DNA of 64,000 nucleotides from Eledone cirrhosa (lineage: Eukaryota): contig OZ024752.1 in assembly GCA_964016885.1 (NCBI GenBank), forward strand, positions 13,144,001 to 13,208,000. Direction: 5' to 3'. Each line of letters opens with the position of its first letter. Position 1 is the stretch's first letter. A program made the translations under genes and the position numbers. The notes below the pieces were generated by a model. It did no database searches. It had not been told where the DNA came from and worked only from the letters and a program-made list of their open reading frames with translations. This document shows, piece by piece, positions 52,598 through 64,000 of the stretch.

Positions 52598-53365
52598 CCA
52601 AGCACTTGGGATGCCATCCAGTGCAGCCTGGCCTCAGACAGGCTCACGCGCAAGCTCGACCAGCACCGCCTTGCCTGCTTTCGTGCGGCCTCCAAACCCC
52701 ACAGTGGTGCCTGGCTCCATACCTTGCCCTCCTTCTCCACTGGCACGCGTTTCCTTGAGGCTCAGCCTCCAGATCTGCGAGCCACACCAATGTCGCTGTG
52801 GATCCACTGTGGACTGTTTCGGCCTCCACCCGCTTTCCTGTTCCCACAGTTCCGGCCTTCCACGCCATGCTGCACTCAACGAGGTCATAAAGCATGGCTT
52901 GGACGCTCTGGGCTTCCCTTCCCAGCTCGGGCCGGTGGGGTTGGACTGAGGGGATGGCAAAAGGCCAGATGGCATGACCATCTTTCCGTTCCGCGGTGGA
53001 AAACCCCTCGTCTGGGATGCCACTTGCACCGACACTTTCTCCAGCCACAACCTGATGCAGTCTGCCACTAAGCCAGGTTCTGCTGTATGTCAGGCTGAGG
53101 AGGCCAAGCTCCTCAAATACCGGTCGCTCTCCGACAGGTTTGCGGTTGTACCCTTAGCAGTGGAGACTTCTGGTGTCCTCAGCCCCAGGGTTGCCTCCCT
53201 ACTCACAACCATCGGCACTGAGCTGGCCAGCCGCAGGTGTTAGCCCCGCGAGTTGGAGTGGCTTTTCCAGCGCGTCTCCCTTGCCGTCCTCCGCGGGAAC
53301 GCCTTCTCCATCCTGTCTGCCGGGGCTGTGGCGGGGGGGCCCCATCGCGTAACATTCCATATTTA
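52598..53365 (+). mobile_element. CRE-like non-LTR retrotransposon 3' fragment (CCHC plus restriction-like endonuclease), frameshifted
   Basis: SGAWL..LP, CRCG..D..GLH.LSC, RH..LN, KRPDG...PF..GK.LVWDATC.DT, E..K..KY and P.AVET.G across ORFs starting at 52592, 52488 and 52974. Confidence 0.8.
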
Positions 53366-53985
53366 GGTGTCCAGATTTCTGTTAGGCTACAGATGCGGTG
53401 ACACCCCCCTCCACACCATCTAGGATAGGAGAAGGAACAAAAGAGCCATTGATTGTGACGTTCCATATGAGGCATCTACATCTTCCCATCAACCCTGAAC
53501 CAGCTGGTTGTAGTCAAATACTCTGGACAAAAAATGAGCTTCTACATGGTCACTGAATCTGTGAGAAATAGCAGTCAAATTTCCTCAAATGATACCCAAC
53601 CATCTTAAAAAACAAAAATGCTGGACAAAATCATCCTAAATACATTGCTGTTGAAAAAGGACAAGAAGTTTAAAGCTTGAACAGCTTCTGTCATAAACCA
53701 GATAAATCAGAACTGACTTTAGTTTAAACAACAACAATGTTAATCTCAGCAAGTTTGCAATAATCATTTGTGAGAAAAACTGGGTATAAGAGAAACCAGA
53801 CGTAGATGGAGAGTTAATCCTGCGATAGACTGGCATCCTATCCAGGAAAAATCTTGTACTCTCGTTGCTTAAGATCAAGGAAACCAGGTACAAACACTGG
53901 CCTAATGAGCCTTTAGCTTAGAACAGACTTTGTTTTTTATTTAATGAATAAATGAAATAATTTAAGAAGTAAAACAATCACAAAC

Positions 53986-54156
53986 CTGAGCATACCATAA
54001 CAATGTATCTTGTTCATATTCTTCATCCTGTCTTGTCATGCAGTAGAGTTGTACATTGTGATGAGTACCGACCTTTAATTCATTCATTGGTTCCAAAATA
54101 TACATCCCGGACTCATCAACAGATTCAGCTGTATCCATTGCCTCAAAATCCCAAAC
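53986..54156 (-). CDS. CFAP44: CFAP44 exon: VWDFEAMDTAESVDESGMYILEPMNELKVG...LLWYAQ
   Basis: Hand-translated, 171 bp, phase 0 to 0; ttAG acceptor, GTTTG donor; WDFE..DTA...EP.NEL motif. Confidence 0.92.
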
Positions 54157-54166
54157 CTAACAATAT

Positions 54167-54735
54167 ATGTATAAGTACATGGTGTTATGTGTGTGATCCA
54201 CAGTAGATGTGGTACCTCATGTATAAGTATACGGTGTTATGTGTGTGATCCACCATAGATGTGGTACCTCATGTATAAGTACATGATGTTTGTGTGTGAT
54301 CCACCATAGATGTGGTACCTCATGTATAAGTTCATGATGTTTGTGTGTGATCCACAACAGATGTGGTACCTCATGTATAAGCGCATGATTCTAAGTGTGT
54401 GATCCACTATAGATGTGGTACCTCCTGTATAAGTACATGATGCTAAGTGTGTGATCCACCATAGATGTGGTACCTCATGTATAAGTTCATGATGTTTGTG
54501 TGTGATCCACAACAGATGTGGTACCTCACGTATAAGTACATGTTTATGTGTGATCCACAACAGATGTGGTACCTCATGTATAAGCGCTTGATACTAAGTG
54601 TGTGATCCATCATAGATGTGGTACCTCATGTATAAGTACATGATGCTAAGTGTGTGATCCACCATAGATGTGGTACCTCATGTATAAGTACATGATGTTA
54701 TATGTGTTATCCATCATAGATGTGGTATCTCATGT
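54167..54735. repeat. about 51-bp minisatellite, about 11 copies, next to a CFAP44 acceptor
   Basis: Unit gatgtggtacctcatgtataagtacatgatgtttgtgtgtgatccaccata. Confidence 0.92.
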
Positions 54736-55446
54736 TTGCTGCAGGAACAGAGTTAAATATTTCAATGAAAGAAAGATGGCTGGACTCCAATAAATTCCTT
54801 TAATCTTGCATAACACACAGTAGGTATTATGAAGCATTAAAGGAATATACTGGAATCTGGCCCTCTTTTTTCATTGAAGTATAGAAACAAACAGGGGCCG
54901 GCCTTCAAAGAAACAACATGACGCATTCAGCCGGCCCCTGTATCAAGAAAAGAAAATCTTTTTCAAGGAAGTTATTGGTCTTTTTTTTTCGAATTTAAAG
55001 GTTTCTTTTAGGAACTTTCAGCATTTGCAAATTTTTATAGGTTTTGCCGTCTGAAAAGCTCAGGCTATCATAACTGATAGTCCTCAGAGAAATATGTATA
55101 ACTGAGTTTTAAATAAACATGAATGAACTAATTATGGCCTCCAATCTTTTAATACATACATACAGATATATATATATAAAGAGATTATGCAATAGTGATT
55201 GCCTAAACACGAGAAGTGAATTGTTCACACGTTGTCCACACGTCACCAAACATCTATTGCAGAACTACAAGGCTCCGGACTGATTCTTTGTAATTTAATT
55301 TTTAATTTTATTTTCAACCTAAAAACTTTCCGGACTTTCGCAGTTATCTCCCTTACACCTCCCACACGCAGTCTAGTATTGCCTGTGTGAAGTGACCAAG
55401 TTTCTGCGCATGCGCGTTTGTACAGTTGTCCTTCCTGTTCCTATAA

Positions 55447-55502
55447 CCATACACATCCTGAGCTGAAGATCCGCGAAGGTGAAACAATTGTTCTCGGTAT
55501 GG
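55447..55502 (+). ncRNA. minimal type I hammerhead ribozyme motif
   Basis: ctgag-CTGAAGA-t-CC gcgaa GG-t-GAAA-CAATTG-TT-ctcgg; stem I is extended by ccatac/gtatgg; palindromic stem III. Confidence 0.75.
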
Positions 55503-55526
55503 TGAACTAACTGTTGTGTAACCACT

Positions 55527-55592
<66 letters not shown>

Positions 55593-56008
55593 TACAAATA
55601 TTAATCAAATAGATGTTCATTTGATCAATTAAATTTTATTATTCATATTTCAGAAGTACAACAGTACGTCCTCATCAGACAAAATATAATGATACATGAC
55701 ATACACTGAGATGTTAAATGGTTAAGATTTAATCAAGGTAGTGATGAGGACGTACTGTTCTACCTCTGAAATATGTATAATAAAATTTAATTGATCAAAA
55801 GAACATCTATTTTATTAATATTTGTATTTTAATATTAATAACTCTGGAAAATATTTTTCTGTAGAGTGCTTCCAATCTACTGTAAAACTCATTCTTTGAT
55901 GTACTCATTGAATCTTGTTTAACTCTTTAATATATATATATATATATATATATAGTGAAAGAATGAAGAGTAACATGGTTGGCTGTACACCAAGGGGATT
56001 TATTTCAG

Positions 56009-56120
56009 GTATTAACAATTGTTTCATTGATCAGTTGAGTCTAGAGGCCACTAATCGATCGAAGTTGAGTCACTCGATCTCCATTACATTATTTACCTCT
56101 GATCAAATCCTCAGAATATC
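56009..56120 (-). ncRNA. type I hammerhead motif with expanded, branched stem II
   Basis: Minus strand: tatt-CTGAGGA-t-TTGATCAG-[about 65 nt]-CTGATCAA-t-GAAA-CAATTG-TT-aata. Confidence 0.68.
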
Positions 56121-56177
56121 ATGACGCAGAGTACTCAAAACCTCTAACTGGATTACCTAAAATGATAACTTGTTATC

Positions 56178-56221
<44 letters not shown>

Positions 56222-56705
56222 TTTATATATATATATATACATATTATAAATGTAAGCTATTGCCGTATTTTGACTAAATAATTTCTTTAATTTCTTTCGT
56301 CAAAATACGGTGATAGCTTACATTTCTAATAATTTCAAACGCACTCGCTGTTTTGAAAATATTCTTACATATATATGTATTTACACTTTAATTTATACTT
56401 TAAATTATTGTGTGTCTGCTCTGCCTTCCAAAGGCTATAGATTCCATACACTGGTGGTTTTTCCCTGTTTGACTGATGGCGTACTATCTCTCTCTCTAGT
56501 GTGTTATCTTTTCTACATATTGTATTATAAAGGGCTTGGGATTCCTTCTCCTTTGAGCACATTATTGACAGGGAATAGCGAGAGTCTGTGGCTCCGTTAA
56601 TTTATCGTGATATATATATATAATTTTCATCCTTTAACATCCATTTTCCCATGCTATATATATATATATATATGTCCAACCCTTGCTAGCAGGGAAAGCG
56701 GACAT

Positions 56706-56741
<36 letters not shown>

Positions 56742-56995
56742 TGGGGTGTGTGTGTGTGTGTCTGTTCACGAGTGTGGTTACGTTTGTGTCTGTATCTGAC
56801 TGTGTTTATGTCTTGTAACTTAGTTTAACAAAAACGAGATCAAGTTGATTAAAAATAAGTGAAAATATAAGTAAAAATAAGGTTGATATGATTGACTAAA
56901 TCAAGGCTGTGCTCCAGCATGGCAGCAGTCTAATGACTGGAACTAGTGAAAGAATGGAAGAAGAATAAAGAAAATGTAAGCAAAATTCAACTTAC

Positions 56996-57275
56996 ACGAA
57001 TATAGCCATCTTGGCCAATCGTCATAAGTTCTCCTTCGTCCAGAAAGATTTGCTGAATGTGGCCCACATGGCAGGTTTTATTGTGTTTGCGTCCAATTTG
57101 AACTTTAATGAGTCCACCTTCCCATATCAACATGTTCCCCCATTCACAACTGGAGATTACTTTACCGTCTGGCAGTTCAACATGTCCTTCAATGTCCGAC
57201 ATCTCAGTTTTACCAAACTTTCCAAGATGCCCTTGAAGTTTCAAGCCGGTGAATGTATTTTCCATTTTCCAAAAC
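56996..57275 (-). CDS. CFAP44: CFAP44 exon: [39 protein letters not shown]...GQDGYIR
   Basis: ORF 56987..57265; [12 protein letters not shown] and ELPDGKV..EWGN are characteristic CFAP44 motifs. 280 bp, AG acceptor, GTAAG donor. Confidence 0.95.
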
Positions 57276-57862
57276 CTTTCAAAGAAAGAAAGAATAAAAG
57301 AATCCCTAGCAATTAGAAATGTCTGTACTTGTTGTTACATGTAGCAGTATTCACTACGCTTGGCCAATTGCAGGTTGGTGAAGCTATTTAACCCATAGTT
57401 GGGGTGGATAGTCATTGATACTGAGGAGATTATCTGCCCCTTTTTACAGCTATTGCTTTTTGTGTTGCTGGAGTTCTCATCCTCCTCACTAGACCATAGT
57501 GTGGTGGGGGAGTCAGTTTAACCCTTTAGCATTCACATTACTCTATATATACTATTATATTTTCATGGTAAAGGCTTTACCTCGCATAATATCTCACATA
57601 ATATCGAATCTATGAAATTTTGAAAGTATTTATTTTGAGAACAATACCTTAACATCAGTTTGATTGACCAGTTACAGCCAGTTTCAACAGAAAAAGATAG
57701 AGAATTCTGGCCAGTTTGAACATTAAAGGGTTAATCACCAACCACTCGACCATGAAGCAGGTTGTACTGGGTTACATAGTACCAGTAGCAAGCAGAAGCC
57801 TGATTTGACCATAATGAAAATGAGTAGGATATAATATTTTTTGTGTCTGAATGATATCTTAC

Positions 57863-58042
57863 CTAATATGTCCACTTCCAGCTGTAGTCAAATATCCTTC
57901 AAGATCAGCACAGAAACTCACTCGGTATACTTCCTGGGAGAAGGCCTTACATCTCAGAACAATCTGCTCCTGGGCCCAATCCCACAGTGTTAGCATAAAA
58001 TCGGGGTCTCCACCTAGAGAAGCCAGTAATTTACCATCAGGA
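57863..58042 (-). CDS. CFAP44: CFAP44 exon: PDGKLLASLGGDPDFMLTLWDWAQEQIVLRCKAFSQEVYRVSF...TTAGSGHI
   Basis: Hand-translated (absent from ORF track). attttcAG acceptor, GTAAG donor, 180 bp, phase 2 to 2; KAFSQEV and GSGHI motifs. Confidence 0.93.
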
Positions 58043-58269
58043 CTGAAAATACATAAATAAATACATTAACCTTTTAGTTACCAATCCGGCCAAAACCAGC
58101 TCTGGTTCCATGAAATAAAACCAACCATTTTAAAAGTATCCAATTTAAATTAAAATTTTCTCACATAATTTTATATCAGAACCTTACCTTAAGTTACTAT
58201 CTTAGTAATGAAATAATTAATAATTTTAGTAAATCCCTCTCAAAAGTCTTTATTAATTAATTGAAATAA

Positions 58270-59215
58270 ATATGCAGATGATCTAACGCTCATAGCTGAA
58301 TCAATGGCTGAACTAGAGAAGAAATTCCAAACATGGAAGCATGGCCTAGAATCAAAAGGCCTTAAAATTAACCTGTCTAAGACTAAAGTTCTAGTTTGTA
58401 GGAAGGAAAATAGGGCACCGGTTCCATCCAGGAAATGGCCATGCTCAGTGTGTAGGAAAGGAGTAGGTAGAAACTCCATTTTATGTCCCAAATGCAAAGT
58501 ATGGGTGCATAAAAGATGTAGTGGGATCACAGGTAAGCTAACTAAGAACATAGATTTTATATGTGGCCGGTGCTCTGGTGCAATAAGTAGCAGCAAGTGC
58601 CCACAGAATACTAGCTCTTTCAATTGCACAGATGGTTCTGTAGAAATAGTGGACACCTTCCGTTACTTGGGTGACAAAATCAGCAGTGGTGGAGGGTGCT
58701 CTGAAAGTACAGTAGCTAGAGTCAGAACTGGATGGAAAAAGTTCAGAGAGCTTATACCACTATTAGCCGCTAAAGAGTTCTCTCTAAAAATGAAAGGCAG
58801 GCTGTATGATACCTGCATACGAACAGCAATGTTACATGGCAGTGAGACCTGGGCATTGTGTGCAGAGGATATACGCAGACTGGAGAGAAACGAAGCTTGC
58901 ATGCTCCGCTGGATGTGTAATAGTAATATACGTGAACGGCAAAGCATAAACGAACTAAGGGAAAAATTAGAAATAAGAGGGATCAGATGTTGTTTACTCG
59001 AGAGAAGACTACGTTGGTATGGTCACGTGATGCGCATGAAAGAGTGCAGGGCAATAAAAATAGACGGTAGCCACGGAGTAGGCAGACCCAGAAAAACCTG
59101 GGACGACTTGATAAATTCCGACCTCACACACTTACACCTCTCCAAGACAATGTCACTGGACCGAGATCTTTGGCGCTACACAGTAATACAGAAGACCCGC
59201 CTTACCTAAGTACAA
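58270..59215 (+). mobile_element. RTE LINE 3' portion, 301-aa open frame
   Basis: YADDL, C..C...HKRC..C..C, FRYLG, HGSETW, RWYGHV, GRPRKTW; its 5' end abuts a piggyBac-like MITE fragment (58066-58269). Confidence 0.9.
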
Positions 59216-60675
59216 AGTGAAACCTACTACAGTCAGTAGGCACCTCTAACAAAAATACCGAGGTCAACTTTGCCTTTCATCCTTACGGGGCTCGATAAAA
59301 TAAAGTACCAGTAATGCACTGGGATAATTGCTGGCCTTGTGCCAAAAGTAGAAACAATTATTGTACTAAGAACTTTTTCCATGGTGAACATTTATTGTGC
59401 ATTTTCGTACTCATCTATTAAACTATTTTTACTTGGTGGAACTATTTATACTTGGTCAGGTTTTTGTGTCTTCTTGACTTTGTCTCATGGTGGTAATCGA
59501 ATTAATCAAGTTTAGCAGGAAATAAATATTTAATTACCTACCAATTCAATTCTAGCTTGCTTTGCATTCTGTGCATCTGCAACTATACAATAAACTTGCA
59601 TTCATCTTGATATACTATTACAGCATCATAGAAACGAGGCCAGCAATTTTGGGGGGAGGTGTTATTGTAGTCACATGATTGAAGTTTGAGCTTGATAGCA
59701 CCAGTTTTCTTGCTGCTGTTACAGTATAAATATAGCTGCTGTAAATGTACCAACTATAAGCACACATGAGCAGAAGACTGTGTGACAACCTAAAGATATG
59801 TTATGGTGAAAGTGCAGATAATATTTTACTTACCCTTGTATTTACAAACCGATGACCTGTGTTATCGAGAATTAACTAGTTTAGCTATCTCTCTAGTGTT
59901 GAAATTAAATTTTGAATTATTGACCTGATGGTCTAGCAGACAATTGACTATTAATTTTGCCGTTGCTGAATGAAGCCAGAAAATTATTCAGGACATATTT
60001 TCATGTTGTTATTCTTCTTTTTCAGCAACTTATTCCTGAGAGGATCATGGGGGCGGCAGAGTTCTCAAACACTCCTTCCAGCAGATCCTGTCAGAAGCAA
60101 CCATCTCCAACTGATACAGCTGGATCCCCAAGTGAGACCAGCCAAGCTCATGGATGTTATCCAACCATCTTGCTCTGGGTCTCCTGCCGGTTGGTTTTGC
60201 CCATAAAATCTGTCCAGCGATTCTTTGCACAGACATTCTAACCACATACCCATAGTGTTGGACCTGTGATCTCTCAATTTGGAGAAGTAGCAGCTCTACC
60301 TGGAGTGATTCACTGATCTCCGAGTTATGCACTTCATCGAGTAACGTTACCTAAGATTCATGACTATAGGTAAGGGTTGGCATGAAAACCAAATTGAAGA
60401 TAGCAAGTTTGGCTTTTACACCTAATGATTACTGAATGCTAAAGCTAGCACACTGAAGTTAAATTTTGAACTATTGCCCTGATAGTATACAAATGGCTAT
60501 TTACAGCAAAATATCTTTGAATCTTTAGTTCAAACACTAAGTTTGCTGTTGCTGAATGAAGTCAGAGAAAATTATTCAAGCCGTATTTTCATCTGAGTTA
60601 TTCTTTTTTGCTAAATCAGCTAAACTACTTTTTTTCACCAAACTAATTACAAGGAAACAACAGAAAGGAACTGAC

Positions 60676-60815
60676 CTGAAATCTAAAAAGCTGTATCTGT
60701 AAGTGGTGCCGTTCGTTAAAATACGATATAGTTTGAATGATGGTACTTGGAAAATATTTAATTTTGGAAAATTTCCCTTCTCTCCAACAGCAAAGTATGT
60801 CTTTTTTGGATGAAG
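60676..60815 (-). CDS. CFAP44: CFAP44 exon: LHPKKTYFAVGEKGNFPKLNIFQVPSFKLYRILTNGTTYRYSFLDF
   Basis: ttctttcAG acceptor, GTCAG donor, 140 bp, phase 0 to 2; WD40-type HP.K.YF.V.EKG..P motif. Confidence 0.92.
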
Positions 60816-61938
60816 CTGAAAGAACAAATGTTACAGAAACAAATTATTTAACCCTTCAGCATTTAAACCGGCTCTATATGGCCAGAATTCTCTCACATCT
60901 TTCTGTTCAAACCGGCCATAACTCATACCAATGTTAAGGTATTGTTCTCAAAATAAATAATATTAAAATCTCGTAGATTCTTGTAGATAATTATGTGAGA
61001 TAAAGCCTTTCTCATGAAAATACAAGAGTAAATATAGAGTAATGTAAATGCTAAAAGGGTGGTGTCAGTGGGAGAGATGGAGCCAGGGAAAGTGGGAGTC
61101 TAGTTTCATTGCGTTCGGGACCTGTTTGTTGTATATGTACCATGAGGTGGGGTGGCAGTTGCAGCAAGTGTCATTGCCATTGTGCACGGGAATGTTTTGC
61201 AGTCTTGTCTGTGGGGGCCCCGCAGCCCCAATACGACCGTTTGCTAGGCCTAGAGCCCATCACCCTTCCCCATTCTTCTGTGACCCTAGAGTCCTTGCCT
61301 TTCCTTTTCATAACCACAAAAACACTTGCATCTTTTACAATAACACCTGTAATTTAATCCTTTAACATTTACATTATTCAATATATACTATTGTATTTTT
61401 GTGGTAAACCCTTTATCTTACATAATTATCTCACATATTATCAAATCTATGAGATTTTTATGTTATCTTTTTTGAGAAAAATACCATAACATCTGTATGA
61501 GTGGCCAGTTACGGCCAATTTGAAGAGAAAGAGGTGAGAGAGTTCTGACCGGATACGGCCGGTTTAAATGCTAAAGGATTAGACTGTATGTATTTATTTA
61601 CCACACCACATATACAACCTTTATGTAAGAATGAAAACATTCCTTCACTGCCCAGTATTCTGGAGCTAAGTCTACTGTAGATGTTTATTAAATTAAGTGT
61701 TTAATCAGCACACCTAAGTCTATATGACACCATTGATGTAGTTTCCTTGGAAAATACACCAGATCTTCTTGGAATATTGTTAGACTTCATGTACAACTGG
61801 AGCGGGGTGATGGAAAACTCCAGTATTTTTCTTTAGAAAATACAGAAGATACTATCTTCTTCACATCTCTCATTATTTTGATACCAAAGGGAGGTGGATT
61901 GGCCAAGTTGTTTGAGCATTGGGACAACATGCTTTGGG

Positions 61939-61976
<38 letters not shown>

Positions 61977-62381
61977 CAGTTGTGCAGGTTTAGCTGGCCT
62001 CCTCCAAGGTATATCTCATTGGAGGTGTCTTGGGTAATTTAATGATAGAGACCCTAGTCCTATCATCTCATTTCTACAGCTGAGTAAACTGGAGCGACGT
62101 GAAATAAAGCTCAAGGAAACAACACATCACCCTGTCCGAGAATTGAACCTTTTGATTCCAAGCCATGGGCCTTCACATGGTATGTAGTTACATCGCTCAT
62201 TTGCAGTTCAGATCCCACTTAAGTTAGATATGTCTTTCATCCTTACGGGGCTGATAAAATAAAGTACCAATAATACAAAGGAGTTAGTTTAATTGACTTT
62301 TCCACCCACCAAAATGTTTGGCTTTGTTCCTAAATCAGAAACGATTATTTCAATAACATAAAAAAATAGTTCATGAATATG

Positions 62382-62829
62382 TACAGGCTGTCCCCCAAAA
62401 ATGTATCATCATCATCATCATCATTTTACGTCCGCTTTTCCCTGCTTGCAAGGGTGGGACGGGAACTGATTCTGGCTTGATTTCTACAGCTGGATGCCCT
62501 TCCTAACACCAACCTCATTTACAGTGTGTGCTGGGTGCTTTTTTGCCATGACACCTCCACGACCACTTTGCAGTGGAATGATAGGGACCCCAGTCTCTAT
62601 CATCTCATTACTACAGCTGAGTAAACTGGAGCAATGGGAAATAAAGTGTCTTGCTCAAGGAGACAACACATCACCCAGTCTGAGAATTGAACTTACAACC
62701 TTTCGATTGCAAGCCAATGCTCTAACCACTAAGCCATGTGCCTCCATATACACATTTCAATAGCATTCTAATAAATATTGCCTGTACAGGCAATCAAAGT
62801 GGGTATACATTTTTGGGGGACACTCTGTA
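62382..62829. mobile_element. Tc1/mariner-like MITE with a nested SINE
   Basis: TA-CAGGCTGTCCCCCAAAAATGTAT ... ATACATTTTTGGGGGACACTCTG-TA; SINE at about 62405-62745. Confidence 0.6.
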
Positions 62830-63267
62830 TATATTTTTTTCCTTAACTCTTTAGTATTTAAACTGGCCATATCTGGCCAGAATTCTCTCACCTTTTTCTG
62901 TTCAAACCGGCCATAACTGGCTATTTATACTTATGTTAAGCTATTGTTCTCAAAATAAATATCATCAAAATCTCATAAATATTATACAAGATAATTATGA
63001 CAAAGTGTTTACCATGAAAATACGAGTAAATACAGACAATATGCCCCCCCCCCCACCACATTGCAAAGTGGACGTGTAGGCGCCAATGAAAAAAAGCACC
63101 CAGCACTCACTGGTAATGAGGTTGGTGTTAGGAAGGGCATCCAGCTGTAGAAATCAAGCCAGAATCAGTTCCTGTATGAGCAAGGCAAGGTCAGCCGACT
63201 GGACACCACTGCCCACAACAGGACAACCCGTCTAACCCATGCTAGCATGGAAGAATGGACGTAAAAC

Positions 63268-63306
<39 letters not shown>

Positions 63307-63340
63307 AGAGTAATGTAAATGGTAAAGGGTTAAAACTTAC

Positions 63341-63503
63341 CTGAATTGCTGAAATTCCATCGGCACAGGTGCTTCTGATAAAGTGTCTCTCTTTGGTTTT
63401 GACATTGATAATAGTGAGAATGTTACCTGTTGCAAATATGACTGTGTCATTGTCAAGAAGACAGAGATTACATCTTCGGGTGCAGTCATATCCCAGCGAA
63501 TAT
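63341..63503 (-). CDS. CFAP44: CFAP44/WDR52 internal exon (1st in window): YSLGYDCTRRCNLCLLDNDTVIFATGN...GISAIQ
   Basis: Peptide resembles the CFAP44 HSFGYDC..NL.LLD motif as I recall it. Acceptor AG at 63505-63504, donor GTAAGT at 63340; 163 bp, phase 2 to 0. Confidence 0.88.
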
Positions 63504-63599
63504 CTTAGGATATTATCAGGAAAAATATACCACAAATGATAAGTGCTGCAGTATTAGTGATATTGGGTATACAAGGCACCATTGTAGTCATACACTAAC

Positions 63600-64000
63600 A
63601 CTGGTGGCGGTGGGGGTAGTGGTGGTGGTGGGTGATGGTGGTGGGGGGGGGGGTGATGATGGTGGTGGTAGTGGTGGTGGTGGAGGGTGTGATTGTGGTA
63701 GTGATGATGGTAGTGGTGGTGGTGGTGGTGGTTATAGTGATGATAGTGGTGGTGGTGGTGGTGTTAGTGGTGGTGGTGGTGATGATGATGGTGATGGTGG
63801 TAGTGTTAATGGTGATGGTGGTGGTGGTGCTTGTGGTGATGGTGGTGCTTGTGGTGATGGTGGTGGTGGTGGTGGTGATGGTAGTGGTGCTACTGGTGAT
63901 GGCGGTGGTGGTGCTACTGGTGATGGCGGTGGTGGTGCTAGTGGTGATGGTTGTGGTGATGGTGGTGATGGTGGTGGTGGTGATGGTGGTGGTGATGGTG
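63600..64000. repeat. (GGT/GAT)n low-complexity tract
   Basis: Seen directly. Confidence 0.95.

Overview
AT-rich eukaryotic intronic DNA, most likely a coleoid cephalopod such as Octopus (inferred from the SINE, RTE and Penelope repeats and the very long (TA)n tracts). One host gene spans the window on the minus strand: CFAP44/WDR52, a WD40 and coiled-coil cilia/flagella protein. I hand-assembled 17 GT-AG exons (63503 down to 9050, about 2.65 kb, about 880 codons) with consistent phases; both gene ends lie outside the window. The introns hold two 5'-truncated Penelope-like elements (PLEs) with inverted pLTRs, an internally deleted CsRn1-type Ty3/Gypsy element with a young RTE LINE in one LTR, RTE, CR1-like and CRE-like LINE fragments, tRNA-derived SINEs, hAT, piggyBac-like and Tc1/pogo-like MITEs, and two Helitron-like copies. 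Two patterns stand out. (1) Many short, often fold-back, PLE-terminus-like modules sit in (TA)n tracts, and several carry minimal type I hammerhead ribozyme motifs; one has a long branched stem II and lies on the CFAP44 sense strand. (2) Several minisatellites grew from transposon ends or SINE segments, including a 79-bp array whose unit spans a hAT insertion junction. All homology calls are from motif recognition, not database searches.
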